Positions 1-11,558 are shown, counted from the stretch's first letter. The stretch is DNA of 64,000 bases from Candidatus Moanibacter sp. (GCA_965215885.1 CBDCEW010000103.1:64001-128000); one strand, 5' to 3'. Translations and numbers: made by a program. Notes: a model not told the origin generated them from the sequence alone.

Positions 1-290
1 ACGGTGAGCGGATTTCTTACTAAACCGGAGAGATCATACAACAGCATATAGCCTAACCGACCCCCCACTAGAGTCCCAATGGCAAGAGTCAAAATGAACG
101 ATATCTGCTGATCAGGATCAAAAGGAGAACGCTTTTTCCGGAAATAGAGTGAAAGAAGCCATCCTGCGATCAGAAATCCCGCTACGTAAGAGAGCCCGTA
201 CCACCGAATGGCCAGATTCTTGTAAATAGAGATAATAACCGGATCCAGATCGTGCACCCAGTATCCCGGCGAGAGTGCGGCTTCTATCAT
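1..290 (-). CDS. lgt: Prolipoprotein diacylglyceryl transferase, 5' part (runs off window start)
   Basis: Manual translation from ATG at 290: MIEAALSPGYWVHDLDPVIISIYKNLAIRWYGLSYVAGF...GTLVGGRLGYML. IRWYG and GGRLGY are Lgt signature motifs. Confidence 0.9.
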   Translation of the reverse strand, partial: MIEAALSPGYWVHDLDPVIISIYKNLAIRWYGLSYVAGFLIAGWLLSLYFRKKRSPFDPDQQISFILTLAIGTLVGGRLGYMLLYDLSGLVRNPLT

Positions 291-553
291 GGCTCTTCCA
301 CTCGAGCGTATTTGATGAGCGGGTTTGGTTCCCCTTCCACTGCCACTCTGCGGTAGTAAGTGTTTAGCATTATTTGACGCTGCCCCGGTCTTGCGCCGGG
401 GTGGTGCGCGTTTCTTGCTACACACCGGGTTCCTCTACCGACCCCCTCTCGCCCCAGTCCCGGCGTGCCGGCAGTTGGAAATCGTAGGTTGCTTCTTCGT
501 TCCTCCTCGCAATGACACAGAATTGAAGCTGAATGAATTGCGTAAGCTGCCTG

Positions 554-1591
554 CTAGGTTCCTGCTACCCTCTTTTCCTCTGCCCGATTCCTTGCCAGCT
601 CGCGCATATCCACCGCAACATCCGTATCCTCGTAGATTTCCCTGCCTAAAATATGTTCCACAATGTCTTCCACCGTCACCACACCCACTGTGGAGCCAAA
701 CTCGTCAACTACCACGGCGAGCTGTTGATGCGATTTTAGGAAGTGCTGGAGAGCGCCCGCCGCTTTGGATGTTTCCGGGACAAAGGTGACATCACCCATC
801 AATTCTGCCACTCTTTTCTGATGCTCGTCATCAGCGCGGGCCTGGAGAAGATCCCGCCTGCGCACCTGACCGACAATATTATCGACATTCTCCTCAAAGA
901 CGGGCAGGCGAGCAAACCATATGTTCTTATCCTCTCTGAATAGCTCGTCGATCGTCAAATCCGCCTCCAGGGCGGTCACGACAGTGCGCGGCGTCATAAT
1001 CTCGCTGATCTGAACGTCGTCAAGGGAGAGAGCGTTAAGTATCATATCTCTTTCGCTCGTCGTAAGCGACCCCTCCTTGGCATGCTTTTCGGCCAGAAGC
1101 TTTATCTCTTCCTCCTGGTCGTCAGCCGGCTCTGCGCTCTCCCGGTCTACCATTAATCGGATCGAGCGCATTGACAGATAGGCCAGCGGGTACATCGCAA
1201 ACCGAACAAACTGCAGGGGGTAAACAAGATGCTTCCGCAGAGTACGGCGATAAATCACACCCATGTTTTTGGGCAGGATCTCCGATAGGAAGAGAATCCC
1301 CAAAACCATAAAGAATGAAATCACGCCGACAAATTCTCCCGCCACATTCGCCGCCACAATAGCTACCCACATGGCCCCTAGGGTGTTTGCGATCGTATTG
1401 AGAGTAAGTATTGCAGAGCTTGTCAGTTCGATGTCTCTCTTATACTTCTCTAATAACACTCCGCGCTTCGGAGTGCTCTTTTTGAGAGCTTCGATTTCAG
1501 CCGCTGTCGTGCTGAGTATAAACGCTTCCAGCAGTGAACAATACCCGGATACACCCAAGGTAAAGCAAACTGGAAGAATAAGCTCCGTCAT
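554..1591 (-). CDS. CNNM/CorC-HlyC family membrane protein (DUF21 + CBS pair)
   Basis: SLLEAF, NTIANT, EILPK TM region, then IMTPR and VVDEFG CBS motifs. Confidence 0.9.
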   Translation of the reverse strand: MTELILPVCFTLGVSGYCSLLEAFILSTTAAEIEALKKSTPKRGVLLEKYKRDIELTSSAILTLNTIANTLGAMWVAIVAANVAGEFVGVISFFMVLGILFLSEILPKNMGVIYRRTLRKHLVYPLQFVRFAMYPLAYLSMRSIRLMVDRESAEPADDQEEEIKLLAEKHAKEGSLTTSERDMILNALSLDDVQISEIMTPRTVVTALEADLTIDELFREDKNIWFARLPVFEENVDNIVGQVRRRDLLQARADDEHQKRVAELMGDVTFVPETSKAAGALQHFLKSHQQLAVVVDEFGSTVGVVTVEDIVEHILGREIYEDTDVAVDMRELARNRAEEKRVAGT

Positions 1592-1904
1592 GATGGTGGC
1601 AGCGACTCTGGAAGCGAGCGCTACCGTAATATATCATAGGTAGATTAGATTTTGTTAAAATCATCATACACGGGAAATGACAAGAAAATCTTTATCCAGT
1701 AATGAACCCCCTTCCGAAAACAGTTTGGGATTCAAAGTAAGGACTTGCATTTTACAGACCACTGATCTTCAGTGTCCTCTCCTCAATTTCCCGATCCCAG
1801 CCATATTTTCACGAATCTCGAATGACATCTCCGAGTGAACCCTGGTCGGGCGCTTACAGTTCGTGAAAGACTTTATTTTCCCGGTAATTATTCTAAAGGA
1901 CAGT

Positions 1905-2228
1905 ATGAGCACGTTCAGCATCGCCTACCCCCTACCGGCACTCGCCCAGGCTGAAGGAGGCGGTCCGGGTGGTGGCTTCATTATTATCTTTTATGTCATG
2001 TTATTCGCCGGTCTCTGGTTTCTGCTCCTTGCTCCACAGCGAAAGAAACAGAAGGATCACGAAAAGCTCCTTTCCGCTTTGGGGACAGGCGACAGGATCA
2101 TCACTTCGGGCGGCATTTACGGAGAAATTACGAACGTAAAGGCCGACCGCTTTATCCTCAGGATTGCCGATAACACAAAGATTGAGCTGAGCAAGAGCGC
2201 GGTCCAAAACAAAATCGAAAAACAATAG
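1905..2228 (+). CDS. yajC: Preprotein translocase subunit YajC
   Basis: FLLLAPQRKKQK...GDRIITSGGIYG motif; directly upstream of secDF. ATG 1905 with upstream AAGGA preferred over the ORF-track start at 1863. Confidence 0.93.
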   Translation: MSTFSIAYPLPALAQAEGGGPGGGFIIIFYVMLFAGLWFLLLAPQRKKQKDHEKLLSALGTGDRIITSGGIYGEITNVKADRFILRIADNTKIELSKSAVQNKIEKQ

Positions 2229-2234
2229 CAAGAC

Positions 2235-4844
2235 ATGGCCGGCAGCATTATCTGGAAAGTTGCGTTATCGATCACCGTGTTAGCTTGGGCAATTCTGAAC
2301 ATTATTCCGGTTCAGGACACCCCTTTTGAAGACTACATCCAATCACAGGTAACCACCGATATCGAACGTTTCGAAAGGCTGCATGAGAAGTCCCTGGCGC
2401 GCCTCAATTCGAGTGAGGCCCCCACCTATTTCGTAGCCTTGAAGGAAATCGTGGAAGAAGAGTCGATTGATCTACAGAGCTTCTTTCCCGAAATAGATGC
2501 CAGCGATATCAGAAACCTGAAGAAACGAAACAATATCCTTCTCGATGAGATTCTCGACCGGTCTCAGGGAAAAGTAAAACCCGGCCTCGATCTCAAGGGT
2601 GGGATTTCCTTCACCTTTAAGGTTAAGGAAGAAGCCGAGGAAACTGTAGAGGGTGTAGAAGGGGAGGAAGAGGCTGCACCGAGTCAGGCCCAACGGGATT
2701 TTGCAAGAAGCCAACAACTCGATCAAGCCATCGAGATACTGCGAAAACGAATCGACGGACTCGGCGTCGCGGAACCTGTTATTCGCCTGTTAGGAGAGGA
2801 TCACATCGAAGTGCAGATGCCGGGGATATCCATTGTCGAGAATCCCGATGTAGGCGGTAAGATCGCCGCTCCCGCAAAATTGCAGTTCAGTCTTACCCAC
2901 CGCACCGCCAACCCTGCCGCGCAACTGGAGCCGCCGGTTGGCTACCGTGCAATGATTCAGAAAGTCGAGGACCGCCGCACCGGTGAGATCACGGATCTTC
3001 CTTATTACATTAAGAAAATCCCGGTCATGGAGGGCGACATTATTGAAGACGCTTTCGCTGCACCCACTGAGTTTGGAGGTTACCGGGTTCTGCTCAGATT
3101 CACCTCGGAAGGCGAGGAACGTTTTGCCCAGGTCACGAAGCGAATCGCCGATGAAAACGAGCGTACCCGGACAACAGGTCAACTGGCCATTATTCTGGAT
3201 GGAGATCTCTACAGCGCGCCCACCGTTCGCGAGGAAATCAGGGGGGGCGCCGAAATCACCGGACGTTTCACGCAACGCGAAGCGCTGGAACTGGCCAATG
3301 TTTTAAATAATCCCCTCAAGATCGGTCTCGAGATTGAAGAAATGAATGTTATCGGTCCCTCCCTGGCCGAGGATGCACGGGATGCTTCCTTCTCCGCCTT
3401 CAAAATTGGGGCCGGTTTGGTCATCGTCTTCATGATTGTCTACTACGTGGCCGCAGGAATGGTAGCTGTCATATCAGTATCGATCAATATCATCATTGTC
3501 TTCGGCACGCTCTCCAGCATCGGCGCAACCGTCACCCTTCCCGGCGTAGCCGCTCTCGTTCTTACTCTCGGTATGGCGGTAGACGCCAACATTCTCATCT
3601 TTGAGCGTATACGAGAAGAGCTCAGGGAGGGTAAGCCGCTAACGACAGCCCTCGTGACCGGTTACGAAAAGGCTTTCTCAACCATCGTGGATGCGAACGT
3701 CACCACTCTTATCACGGCATCCATACTTATCTGGTTGGGAACGGGAGCAGTTCGCGGTTTTGGCGTAACCCTCGCAATCGGGATCGTCGCCTCAATGTTC
3801 TGTGCCCTCCTCGTGAGCCGCGTATTGCTCGAGATCCTGATCAATCCCGGTCTCATTAAACGGATGCTGTCAAAGTCCCTTTTGCGGAAATCCGACGTGC
3901 CGTTTCTCAGCTACAGCAAACCCGCTTTCATCGCGTCCTGGTGCATTGTCCTGGTCGGAATTGGTGGAATCGCGATAAACAAGGACAAAATCTTCGGAAT
4001 TGATTTCCTCGGCGGCGAGGAACTTACCTTAAACTTTGCTGAGAGACTCACTTCGCGGGAAATCGAGGCGGTTGCTAAAAATGCGAATCTGGGTGAGGTC
4101 AATACTTTGTATCAGACTACCATTGGACAACATAGGGATACCCTCAAACTTCAGACCGAACAGGATAAAGGCGAAGAGGTGCTGGCTGCCTTAACCGCGA
4201 TGCATCCCGAAGCCAAACTTGAGCTGCTCGGAAAATCGACCATTAGCCCTTCGGTCGGAAAGGAGGTTACCTGGAGCGCCATTTCCTCAATCAGCCTGGC
4301 GCTGCTCGGCATCCTGCTCTATGTGGCTCTGCGTTTCGAAATCGGATATGGGGTAGGAGCTGTCGTTGCCACTTTGCATGACATATTGATGAGTATTGGA
4401 CTCTACGTCCTTTTTGGGAGCTTCGAAATCGGTAGTGGACAATTCACCGCTCCCATGGTGGCGGCGGTCCTCATGATCATCGGGTATTCGCTCAACGACA
4501 CCATTGTCGTTTTTGATCGCATCAGGGAGGAATTGTTACTCAATCCCGGCCATAGACTGCAAGAGATCATCAACCTCTCCGTCAATCGAACCCTCGCGCG
4601 AACAATCCTTACCAGTGTCACCACCCTCCTCGCAACTTTTTCGCTTTACCTCTTTGGGGCCGGCGTAGTCACAGATTTCGCGCTTGTGTTTATTATTGGT
4701 ATCTTTACCGGCACATTCTCTTCTATTTTCATCGCCAGCCCCGTCTTTTATTGGTGGCACAAAGGCGACCGCCGCCATGTCGAGGAGCGCCATGATATCA
4801 TGCCGAAATATGAGTGGGAAACCTCAAAGAAGCCGGCTCGTTGA
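2235..4844 (+). CDS. secDF: Fused protein translocase subunit SecDF
   Basis: GLDLKGG, RIDGLGVAEP, GMAVDANILIFERIREE (SecD) and GIDFLGG, GYSLNDTIVVFDRIRE (SecF). Confidence 0.96.
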   Translation: MAGSIIWKVALSITVLAWAILNIIPVQDTPFEDYIQSQVTTDIERFERLHEKSLARLNSSEAPTYFVALKEIVEEESIDLQSFFPEIDASDIRNLKKRNNILLDEILDRSQGKVKPGLDLKGGISFTFKVKEEAEETVEGVEGEEEAAPSQAQRDFARSQQLDQAIEILRKRIDGLGVAEPVIRLLGEDHIEVQMPGISIVENPDVGGKIAAPAKLQFSLTHRTANPAAQLEPPVGYRAMIQKVEDRRTGEITDLPYYIKKIPVMEGDIIEDAFAAPTEFGGYRVLLRFTSEGEERFAQVTKRIADENERTRTTGQLAIILDGDLYSAPTVREEIRGGAEITGRFTQREALELANVLNNPLKIGLEIEEMNVIGPSLAEDARDASFSAFKIGAGLVIVFMIVYYVAAGMVAVISVSINIIIVFGTLSSIGATVTLPGVAALVLTLGMAVDANILIFERIREELREGKPLTTALVTGYEKAFSTIVDANVTTLITASILIWLGTGAVRGFGVTLAIGIVASMFCALLVSRVLLEILINPGLIKRMLSKSLLRKSDVPFLSYSKPAFIASWCIVLVGIGGIAINKDKIFGIDFLGGEELTLNFAERLTSREIEAVAKNANLGEVNTLYQTTIGQHRDTLKLQTEQDKGEEVLAALTAMHPEAKLELLGKSTISPSVGKEVTWSAISSISLALLGILLYVALRFEIGYGVGAVVATLHDILMSIGLYVLFGSFEIGSGQFTAPMVAAVLMIIGYSLNDTIVVFDRIREELLLNPGHRLQEIINLSVNRTLARTILTSVTTLLATFSLYLFGAGVVTDFALVFIIGIFTGTFSSIFIASPVFYWWHKGDRRHVEERHDIMPKYEWETSKKPAR

Positions 4845-4850
4845 ACGATC

Positions 4851-6566
4851 ATGCGCTGGAGATACACTCCTCTTCCCTCATCGCAGGTTCATAGACTCGG
4901 CCGACAATTCACCCTCAGTCCAATTGCATCAAGCCTCCTTGCCCGACTCGGCCTAACCGAGCCCGAGGAAGTCAAGACCTTCATCAAGCCCCTCTTACGG
5001 AATCTCTCCGATCCCTTCGAATTGAAGAACCTGGACAGGGCAGTCCATCGTCTACGCCAGGCAATGAATTCTGGGGAAGATATCCTCATCTTTGGTGATT
5101 ATGATGTAGACGGAGTGACGAGTATCGCGCTACTTATCGGTATCCTCCAGCAATTCGGAACCTTTCCCCGCTATATTGTCCCGAAACGGTTAACCGAAGG
5201 CTATGGACTCTCTCGAGTTGCCATTGACCGTGCCATCGAAAAAGGGCGGCCCGGATTACTCATCGCAGTGGATTGCGGCACCAACGCTCATGATGAAGTG
5301 GCCTACCTCAACCAGCAGGGAATCGACGTTATTATTATCGATCATCACACCTCAACGAAAGAGCATGCGCCCGATTGCCTCCTGGTAAATCCCCACCTCT
5401 GCGACAACCGAAATGCCCCCTGGTCGGAACTCTGTAGCGTAGGACTCGTCTTTAAACTGATCCACGGTCTCTTAAAACAGTTGCGGCAGGAAGGCGACGG
5501 CACGGCCTTGGAAATTCAACTTAAGGACTATCTCGACCTTGTTGCCCTCGGAACGATTGCCGACCTGGTCCCCCTTCGGGGGGAGAATCGTATTCTGGCG
5601 AAGGCTGGCCTGAGAAGCCTTCGCAATTCCCGGCGGCCTGGGTTAAATGCTCTCTTTGAAGTGAGCCGAATCAATATTGGTGAGGAGGTCTCACCCTTCG
5701 ACGTCTCATTCAAACTCGGCCCCCGTATTAACGCCAGCGGCCGCCTCGCGGACGCCAGCCTTCCTATCGAAATGCTTTTGAGTAAAGACTGGCGTCACTG
5801 TAATGAAGCCGCCCGCAAATTGGACGATTTTAACAGTGAAAGGCAACATATCGAGAGAAAGATTTCTCTCGAGGCCGAGGAAGTTGTCGCCACCCAACTA
5901 TTGGGCGCCGAGGGATACGTTCTTTACAATAGAGATTGGCATCCCGGAGTTGTAGGGATTGTAGCGAGCCGATTGGTGCAGAAATTCCACCGTCCCAGTA
6001 TCGTTCTGGGAACTGAAGGTGATCTCGCCAAAGGTTCCGGTCGCAGTATTCCCGGTATCAATCTGGTAGACGTGCTCCAGTCTTGCGACAGTTGCCTTTA
6101 CGACTGGGGTGGGCACCCTATGGCAGTGGGACTCTCTCTACTCCCCGATCAGGTACCTCGCTTCCAGGAAAAATTCGACGATGCGATTAAGAGGACCCTC
6201 GGTGGGAGGGTTCCGGAAAAGGAAATCCAAATCGCCTGCTGGATCAGTATCGAAGATGTCAGCAGCAGGCTGCTCGACGAGATGACTATTTTTCAACCGT
6301 TTGGCCAGGGAAATCCCGAACCTGTCTTTGGTCTCCAAGACACTATTTTGAGAAGGCCGACCGAAGTATTCGGGAAGGGTCACTTTCGCTTTCGCCTGGA
6401 TAGCGGCTCCAGCGAACCCATTTCCGGAGTGGCGTGGAAGCAGTCCGGAAATCGCCCTTCCCCCGGTAAACCAATCGATATGGCTCTCAGAATCAACTGG
6501 AACGTTTGGAAGGGCCGCAAATCCATTCAGGCCGAGCTCGTTGACTGGCGCCCCTCTTCCGCTTAG
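4851..6566 (+). CDS. recJ: ssDNA-specific exonuclease RecJ
   Basis: GDYDVDG, VDCG, IDHH, GTIADLVPL, GPRINASGR, KGSGRS, GGHPMAVG motifs. Confidence 0.96.
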   Translation: MRWRYTPLPSSQVHRLGRQFTLSPIASSLLARLGLTEPEEVKTFIKPLLRNLSDPFELKNLDRAVHRLRQAMNSGEDILIFGDYDVDGVTSIALLIGILQQFGTFPRYIVPKRLTEGYGLSRVAIDRAIEKGRPGLLIAVDCGTNAHDEVAYLNQQGIDVIIIDHHTSTKEHAPDCLLVNPHLCDNRNAPWSELCSVGLVFKLIHGLLKQLRQEGDGTALEIQLKDYLDLVALGTIADLVPLRGENRILAKAGLRSLRNSRRPGLNALFEVSRINIGEEVSPFDVSFKLGPRINASGRLADASLPIEMLLSKDWRHCNEAARKLDDFNSERQHIERKISLEAEEVVATQLLGAEGYVLYNRDWHPGVVGIVASRLVQKFHRPSIVLGTEGDLAKGSGRSIPGINLVDVLQSCDSCLYDWGGHPMAVGLSLLPDQVPRFQEKFDDAIKRTLGGRVPEKEIQIACWISIEDVSSRLLDEMTIFQPFGQGNPEPVFGLQDTILRRPTEVFGKGHFRFRLDSGSSEPISGVAWKQSGNRPSPGKPIDMALRINWNVWKGRKSIQAELVDWRPSSA

Positions 6567-6762
6567 GAATCTGTCGGCCTTAGCTTTCTGAGTTTGCGGA
6601 AAAAGTCAGCCATCCGGATGTGTTACTGAAGCTTACCAACTGCTACTGCCTCGCTCTCTTGTTATACATTTAACAAAAATGTTAAATAAGACCAGATTCT
6701 CAATTAGAATCCCTTACTCTCATATTCGCTGCTGTCTCCAGGAAGCTAAGTCCCACAGGCGA
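6566..6762. repeat. Miniature inverted-repeat element, family B (longer subtype)
   Basis: Starts GGAATCTGTCGGCCTTAGCTTT and ends with degenerate AAGCTAAGTCCCACAGG. First ~55 bp resemble the reverse complement of the element ending at 27614. Confidence 0.6.
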
Positions 6763-8274
6763 TTATCCTGCCAGCTTCTCGTCCAGGGTTTTTATCACTT
6801 CCTCTTCCGGCATTCGCACCTGCTCGGTTGAGTCGCGATCGCGAAGGGTCACCGTCCCGTCTTCGAGTGTGTCGAAATCAATCGTTATACCGAAAGGCGT
6901 CCCGATTTCATCCTGGCGCCGATAGCGGCGCCCGATGGCGCCTGATGCGTCGAAGAACACATTCCAATGCCGTTGGAGCCTTTCAAATATTGCTCTCGCC
7001 CTTTCAACCAGCGGCGGCTTATTCCTCAGGAGAGGAAAGACCGCCGCTTTGTATGGCGCGATGCGCGGGTGCAATCTCAGCACGACGCGCCGTTCCCCAT
7101 CGACTTCATCGACGTCATAGGCGGCGCACATCAGGGCCAGGAACGTCCGGTCGACGCCGAGAGCGGGTTCGATAACGTGGGGAACGTACCGCTCCTTGCG
7201 CTCTTCGTCGAAATACTCAATTGCCTTTCCCGAGTGCTCCCCATGTTGCCTCAGGTCGTAGTCGCCACGCGCCGCGATACCTTCCAGTTCCTGGACGCCA
7301 AACGGATATTTGAACGTGATATCCGTAGTCGCCCGGGAGTAGTGAGAGAGTTTCTCCTGGGGATGCACGTCTTCACCCAACAGCTCTTGAGGTATTCCAA
7401 GTTCCACAAACCAGTTCAGCCGAATGTCTATCCACTCCCGGTGATACTTTGGCCACGCCTCGTCATCCGGGGGAATAAAGTACTCCATCTCCATTGCCTC
7501 GAATTCCCGCGAGCGAAAGATGAAATTTCTCGGCGTGATTTCATTGCGAAATGATTTGCCGATCTGCGCGATGCCGAAGGGTATCTTAACGCGGCTCGTA
7601 TCGACGATGTTCTTGAAATTCACGAATATGCCCTGGGCCGTCTCCGGCCTCAGATAGGCGATCGCGGTCTCATCCCGCAGCGCCCCCACATAGGTTTGAA
7701 ACATCAAATTGAAATCTCGTGGAGGGGTCAGCGACCCGGGCTTTCCAGTAGCGGGTGAAGGGATCAGAGCATACTCTTCGGGGCGAGCTTCGGTATACTC
7801 TTTTAAAATGACATCTTCGAGCTTCCCCTGTTTGGAAAGCTTACGCTTCAGTTCGTTAGCTTTCCCTTCCGCCTCCTCCTGCATTGCGACGGATTCCACA
7901 ACCGATAAATAACCGATTCTCTCTCCCTCGACAACAACGGGAGAGAAAAAGAGCTGGTCCGCACGAAAACGCATTTTCGATTCCCTACAGTCCACCATGG
8001 GATCGGAAAAGATATCGATGTGCCCGGAGGCCTCCCACACTTTAGGGTGCGTGATTATCGAAGAATCCAACCCTACAATATCATCGCGGCGGTGCACCAT
8101 ATCACGCCACCAGGCCGCCTTTATGTTGTTCCGCATCTCGACTCCGAGCGGGCCGTAGTCGAAGAACCCGTTGATCCCTCCGTAAATCTCAGAAGACTGA
8201 AATATAAACCCGCGTCGTCTGCACAATGAGACGATTTCCTCCATCGATGGACTATCCTGCGAGCGCTCCGGCAT
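6763..8274 (-). CDS. glyQS: Glycine--tRNA ligase (alpha2, eukaryote-type)
   Basis: [55 protein letters not shown]. Confidence 0.96.
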   Translation of the reverse strand: MPERSQDSPSMEEIVSLCRRRGFIFQSSEIYGGINGFFDYGPLGVEMRNNIKAAWWRDMVHRRDDIVGLDSSIITHPKVWEASGHIDIFSDPMVDCRESKMRFRADQLFFSPVVVEGERIGYLSVVESVAMQEEAEGKANELKRKLSKQGKLEDVILKEYTEARPEEYALIPSPATGKPGSLTPPRDFNLMFQTYVGALRDETAIAYLRPETAQGIFVNFKNIVDTSRVKIPFGIAQIGKSFRNEITPRNFIFRSREFEAMEMEYFIPPDDEAWPKYHREWIDIRLNWFVELGIPQELLGEDVHPQEKLSHYSRATTDITFKYPFGVQELEGIAARGDYDLRQHGEHSGKAIEYFDEERKERYVPHVIEPALGVDRTFLALMCAAYDVDEVDGERRVVLRLHPRIAPYKAAVFPLLRNKPPLVERARAIFERLQRHWNVFFDASGAIGRRYRRQDEIGTPFGITIDFDTLEDGTVTLRDRDSTEQVRMPEEEVIKTLDEKLAG

Positions 8275-8320
8275 TTTAAGCGCCCAAAGGTTTGGTGCAT
8301 CTTATTCGTGCGTCAAGCAC

Positions 8321-9367
8321 CTATTCAAAACTCAATTCGAGCTGTCTACGCTCCTCTTTTCTCTCCTCCCGAAAGCGAACGCCGGCGCCCAGGAGGCGAA
8401 CTTTCTGGTCGCTTCGCAGGTAGGCTACGCGTAGCAATTCTCTGAATATTCCAAACGATGGTTTCTTGCAGAGACACTCTTTCGTCGTCTGCCGAAAGTC
8501 AGCGAATTTCACTTTTACAAAGGCCTTCACAACGGTGCGATCTGCTGCCTTTTTTTCCAGATCTTCCAATAGTTCAGAATAGAGGCTTTGAAGCGCTTCG
8601 ACACACTCTCCCATGTCTCCAAGATCATCTTCGAACGTGCGTTCGTTGCTCATCGATTTGCGCAAGCGATGCGGCTCTACGGCGCGGTCGTCTCGCCCCC
8701 GGCAGAGATTGTATAATTCCTCTCCAAATTTTCCGAAGTATCGAAACATCTCCGAAAGTGACAATTTCTGAAGCTGCCCACAGCTGTTAATCCCCATTTC
8801 TCTCAGCCTCGCAGTGCTCTTTGGACCAATTCCCCATATCTTACTCGCTGGTAACACTTTCATGAATGAAGATACCTCATCAGGAGTCACCGCGAATTGG
8901 CCGTTCGGCTTGCGCCAATCGCTGGCAATTTTAGCCAGTAGTTTGTTCGGCGCAATACCTGCGGATGCGGTCAGGTCAGTGTTTTCATGAATCTTCCTCC
9001 GAATCTCCTTCGCCACCTCCCAACCATAACGATCCAGAAGAGAGACATCCAAATATGCCTCGTCCAGGGACAGTGGTTCAACAAGCGGAGTGTAACTCAG
9101 AAGGATCTTGCGCATTCGTTCGGACTCCCTGCGATAGAGGCTAAATCGGGGAGACAGGAGTGTCAGGTCGGGACAAAGTTGAAGAGCCTTGAACGTGGGC
9201 ATGGCAGAGGCACATCCGAACTTACGCGCTTCGTAATTGCAGGTAGTCAGCACCCCTCGCCCTGAGCGACCACCTACCGCCACCGGTCTGCCCGTCAGCT
9301 CCGGTCGCTCCCGGACCTCGATTGCTGCGTAAAAGCAGTCCATATCGATATGGATGATTTTTCGCAC
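8321..9367 (-). CDS. dinB: DNA polymerase IV
   Basis: HIDMDCFYA, YEARKFG, SLDEAY, AKIASDWRKPNG, VRLLG. Confidence 0.96.
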   Translation of the reverse strand: MRKIIHIDMDCFYAAIEVRERPELTGRPVAVGGRSGRGVLTTCNYEARKFGCASAMPTFKALQLCPDLTLLSPRFSLYRRESERMRKILLSYTPLVEPLSLDEAYLDVSLLDRYGWEVAKEIRRKIHENTDLTASAGIAPNKLLAKIASDWRKPNGQFAVTPDEVSSFMKVLPASKIWGIGPKSTARLREMGINSCGQLQKLSLSEMFRYFGKFGEELYNLCRGRDDRAVEPHRLRKSMSNERTFEDDLGDMGECVEALQSLYSELLEDLEKKAADRTVVKAFVKVKFADFRQTTKECLCKKPSFGIFRELLRVAYLRSDQKVRLLGAGVRFREERKEERRQLELSFE

Positions 9368-9374
9368 CGCTCTA

Positions 9375-9492
9375 GGAATCTGTCAGTCTCATCTTCGTCG
9401 GAATCTCCGTCTCTCACCTGAATATCCGCACCTCAGGGATATTTAGAAAAGCCTGTCCCGAACCTGCCGAGTGGCTTAGTCCGACAGATTCC
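9375..9492. repeat. Miniature inverted-repeat element, family B (94-bp subtype plus small insertion)
   Basis: TA-GGAATCTGTCAG...CCGACAGATTCC-TA; core resembles the reverse complement of 23644-23737. Confidence 0.75.
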
Positions 9493-9544
9493 TAAACCAA
9501 TGTGCTTGAATCGGACCTGATTTCCAATATCCTTTCTCCCTCTT

Positions 9545-11398
9545 ATGTGCGGCATAGTCGGATACGTAGGCCGACAGAATGCGAGACCGATTCTGTTGGA
9601 AGGACTCAAGAGGCTCGAGTATCGTGGTTACGATTCGGCCGGTCTCGCCATGTGCGGAGAAGAAGGCCTAAGCCTCGTTAAGAAGAAAGGCCGCGTCAAT
9701 GTCCTGGCCCGCGAAGTAAGCAAAACCGGTATCGATGGACAGAACGGAATCAGCCACACTCGATGGGCAACTCACGGCGAGGTAAGCGATGCCAACGCTC
9801 ATCCGCATCTGAGTCACGACGAGAAAATAGCCCTCGTTCACAATGGCGTGGTCGAGAACTACCTGAGCATAAAGCGATTCTTGCTCGAGAAAGGGTGCTC
9901 GTTTAAGTCCGACACCGACACTGAGGCTCTCGCCAACCTGATCGCCTACCACTACGACAAGGAAGATTCAAGCAACGGAAAAAATCGCTTTCTCGAGAGT
10001 GTGCGAAAGAGTCTCCTGCACGTCGAGGGAACCTATGGCATTGCCGTGATCTGCACCGACTTTAAAGGCGAAATCGTCGGGGCTCGCAAAGGTTCACCGC
10101 TCGTCGTCGGTATCGGCAATGGAGAGAATATGCTGGCCAGCGACGTCACCGCCTTCGCCGGACGCACCCAGAACGTCGTCTACCTCGACGATGGCCAGAT
10201 CGTGCACTTGGGCGAAGATGATTTTTTCGTCCTCACTATCGCGGACGAAACGGTTCATCCGGTAATCAATAAGGTCGACTGGGAAATTGAAGAGTCTGAG
10301 TTGGGTCGCTTTGAGCATTATATGGAAAAGGAGATCTTCGAACAACCCGTAGCCCTCGAAAACAGCATGCGGGGACGTTTCTCCGACGATGGCTCGACCG
10401 CGAAATTCGACGGTCTCGACAATATCGATCCGAGGGAACTTCGGCAGATCGACCGTATTCTGTTATGCGCCTGCGGAACCGCATGGCACGCCTGTCTCGT
10501 GTCCGAGTACCTCGTCGAGCGCTATGCGCGTATCCCGGTGGAAGTCGAGTACGCCTCGGAATTCCGCTATCGCAACGCACCCCTCGACAAAAATACTCTC
10601 GTTTTTGTCATCAGCCAGAGCGGCGAAACCATCGATACGTTAGAGGCATTGAGGGAGTCGAAACGCAAGGGTTACCGCACCCTCGCCATAACAAACGTCG
10701 TGGGTTCTACCATCGCGCGGGAGGCAGATGCCGGAATATATCAGCACGCCGGTCCCGAGATCTGTGTGGCATCGACTAAGGCTTTCACTTCCCAGCTCCT
10801 CCTCTCCTCCATGATTGCCCTCTACCTGGGCAGACTTCGGGACCTCAGCTTCACTGACGGTACGGCTATGGTCAAGGCCCTCAAGCAGGTGCCTGCCCTG
10901 GCCAGTCAGGTGCTGGATCAGGCTGACCGGATCAGGAAGATTGCGGAGAAATATGCCGACTGCGATGATTTCCTGTTTCTCGGTCGGCAGATTATGTTTC
11001 CCCTTGCCCTGGAGGGAGCGCTGAAGCTCAAAGAGATATCTTATATCCATGCTGAAGGTTATCCCGCGGCCGAAATGAAACACGGCCCGATCGCTCTTAT
11101 CAGCCCGGAGTGCCCTACTCTCTTCATCGCCAACAAAGGCGAGATTTTTAAAAAGAGCCTCGCCAATATTGAGGAGATCAAAGCCCGCCACGGACCGATC
11201 ATCGCCATCACCTCAGCCGGAAAGGATTTTCCCCCCGGCCTCGCCGAAGACGTCATTAAGATACCCGAAAGCCATGAATGTATCGAGCCCATCCTGGTGA
11301 GCATTCCACTCCAGCTTCTGGCCTACTATATCGGCGTCATACGCGGCTGCGATGTCGATAAACCACGAAATCTGGCTAAGTCGGTTACGGTTGAGTGA
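9545..11398 (+). CDS. glmS: Glutamine--fructose-6-phosphate aminotransferase
   Basis: MCGIVG, LEYRGYDSAG, HTRWATHG, SQSGET, VASTKA, PRNLAKSVTVE. Confidence 0.98.
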   Translation: MCGIVGYVGRQNARPILLEGLKRLEYRGYDSAGLAMCGEEGLSLVKKKGRVNVLAREVSKTGIDGQNGISHTRWATHGEVSDANAHPHLSHDEKIALVHNGVVENYLSIKRFLLEKGCSFKSDTDTEALANLIAYHYDKEDSSNGKNRFLESVRKSLLHVEGTYGIAVICTDFKGEIVGARKGSPLVVGIGNGENMLASDVTAFAGRTQNVVYLDDGQIVHLGEDDFFVLTIADETVHPVINKVDWEIEESELGRFEHYMEKEIFEQPVALENSMRGRFSDDGSTAKFDGLDNIDPRELRQIDRILLCACGTAWHACLVSEYLVERYARIPVEVEYASEFRYRNAPLDKNTLVFVISQSGETIDTLEALRESKRKGYRTLAITNVVGSTIAREADAGIYQHAGPEICVASTKAFTSQLLLSSMIALYLGRLRDLSFTDGTAMVKALKQVPALASQVLDQADRIRKIAEKYADCDDFLFLGRQIMFPLALEGALKLKEISYIHAEGYPAAEMKHGPIALISPECPTLFIANKGEIFKKSLANIEEIKARHGPIIAITSAGKDFPPGLAEDVIKIPESHECIEPILVSIPLQLLAYYIGVIRGCDVDKPRNLAKSVTVE

Positions 11399-11558
11399 CT
11401 CCGTGAGCGTGTCGCACCTCATCCGACACGCTCACGGAATCAGGATTTTTCTCGATTCGAAGCGTTCTGTGTTTGAAAATTCCCGTTCTGCTCAGCGGGA
11501 CTTCTTCTCCGTAGTAAGTTTGTTACGCGCCCAAGGTCTTTGAGCTGCCCTGACATCG

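Noticed and set aside
325..789. 154-aa plus-strand ORF
   Set aside because: Pro/Arg-rich; overlaps the CNNM gene antisense and REP-like remnants
9368..9544. glmS ribozyme upstream of glmS
   Set aside because: The space is filled by a family B element and no ribozyme consensus was recognised
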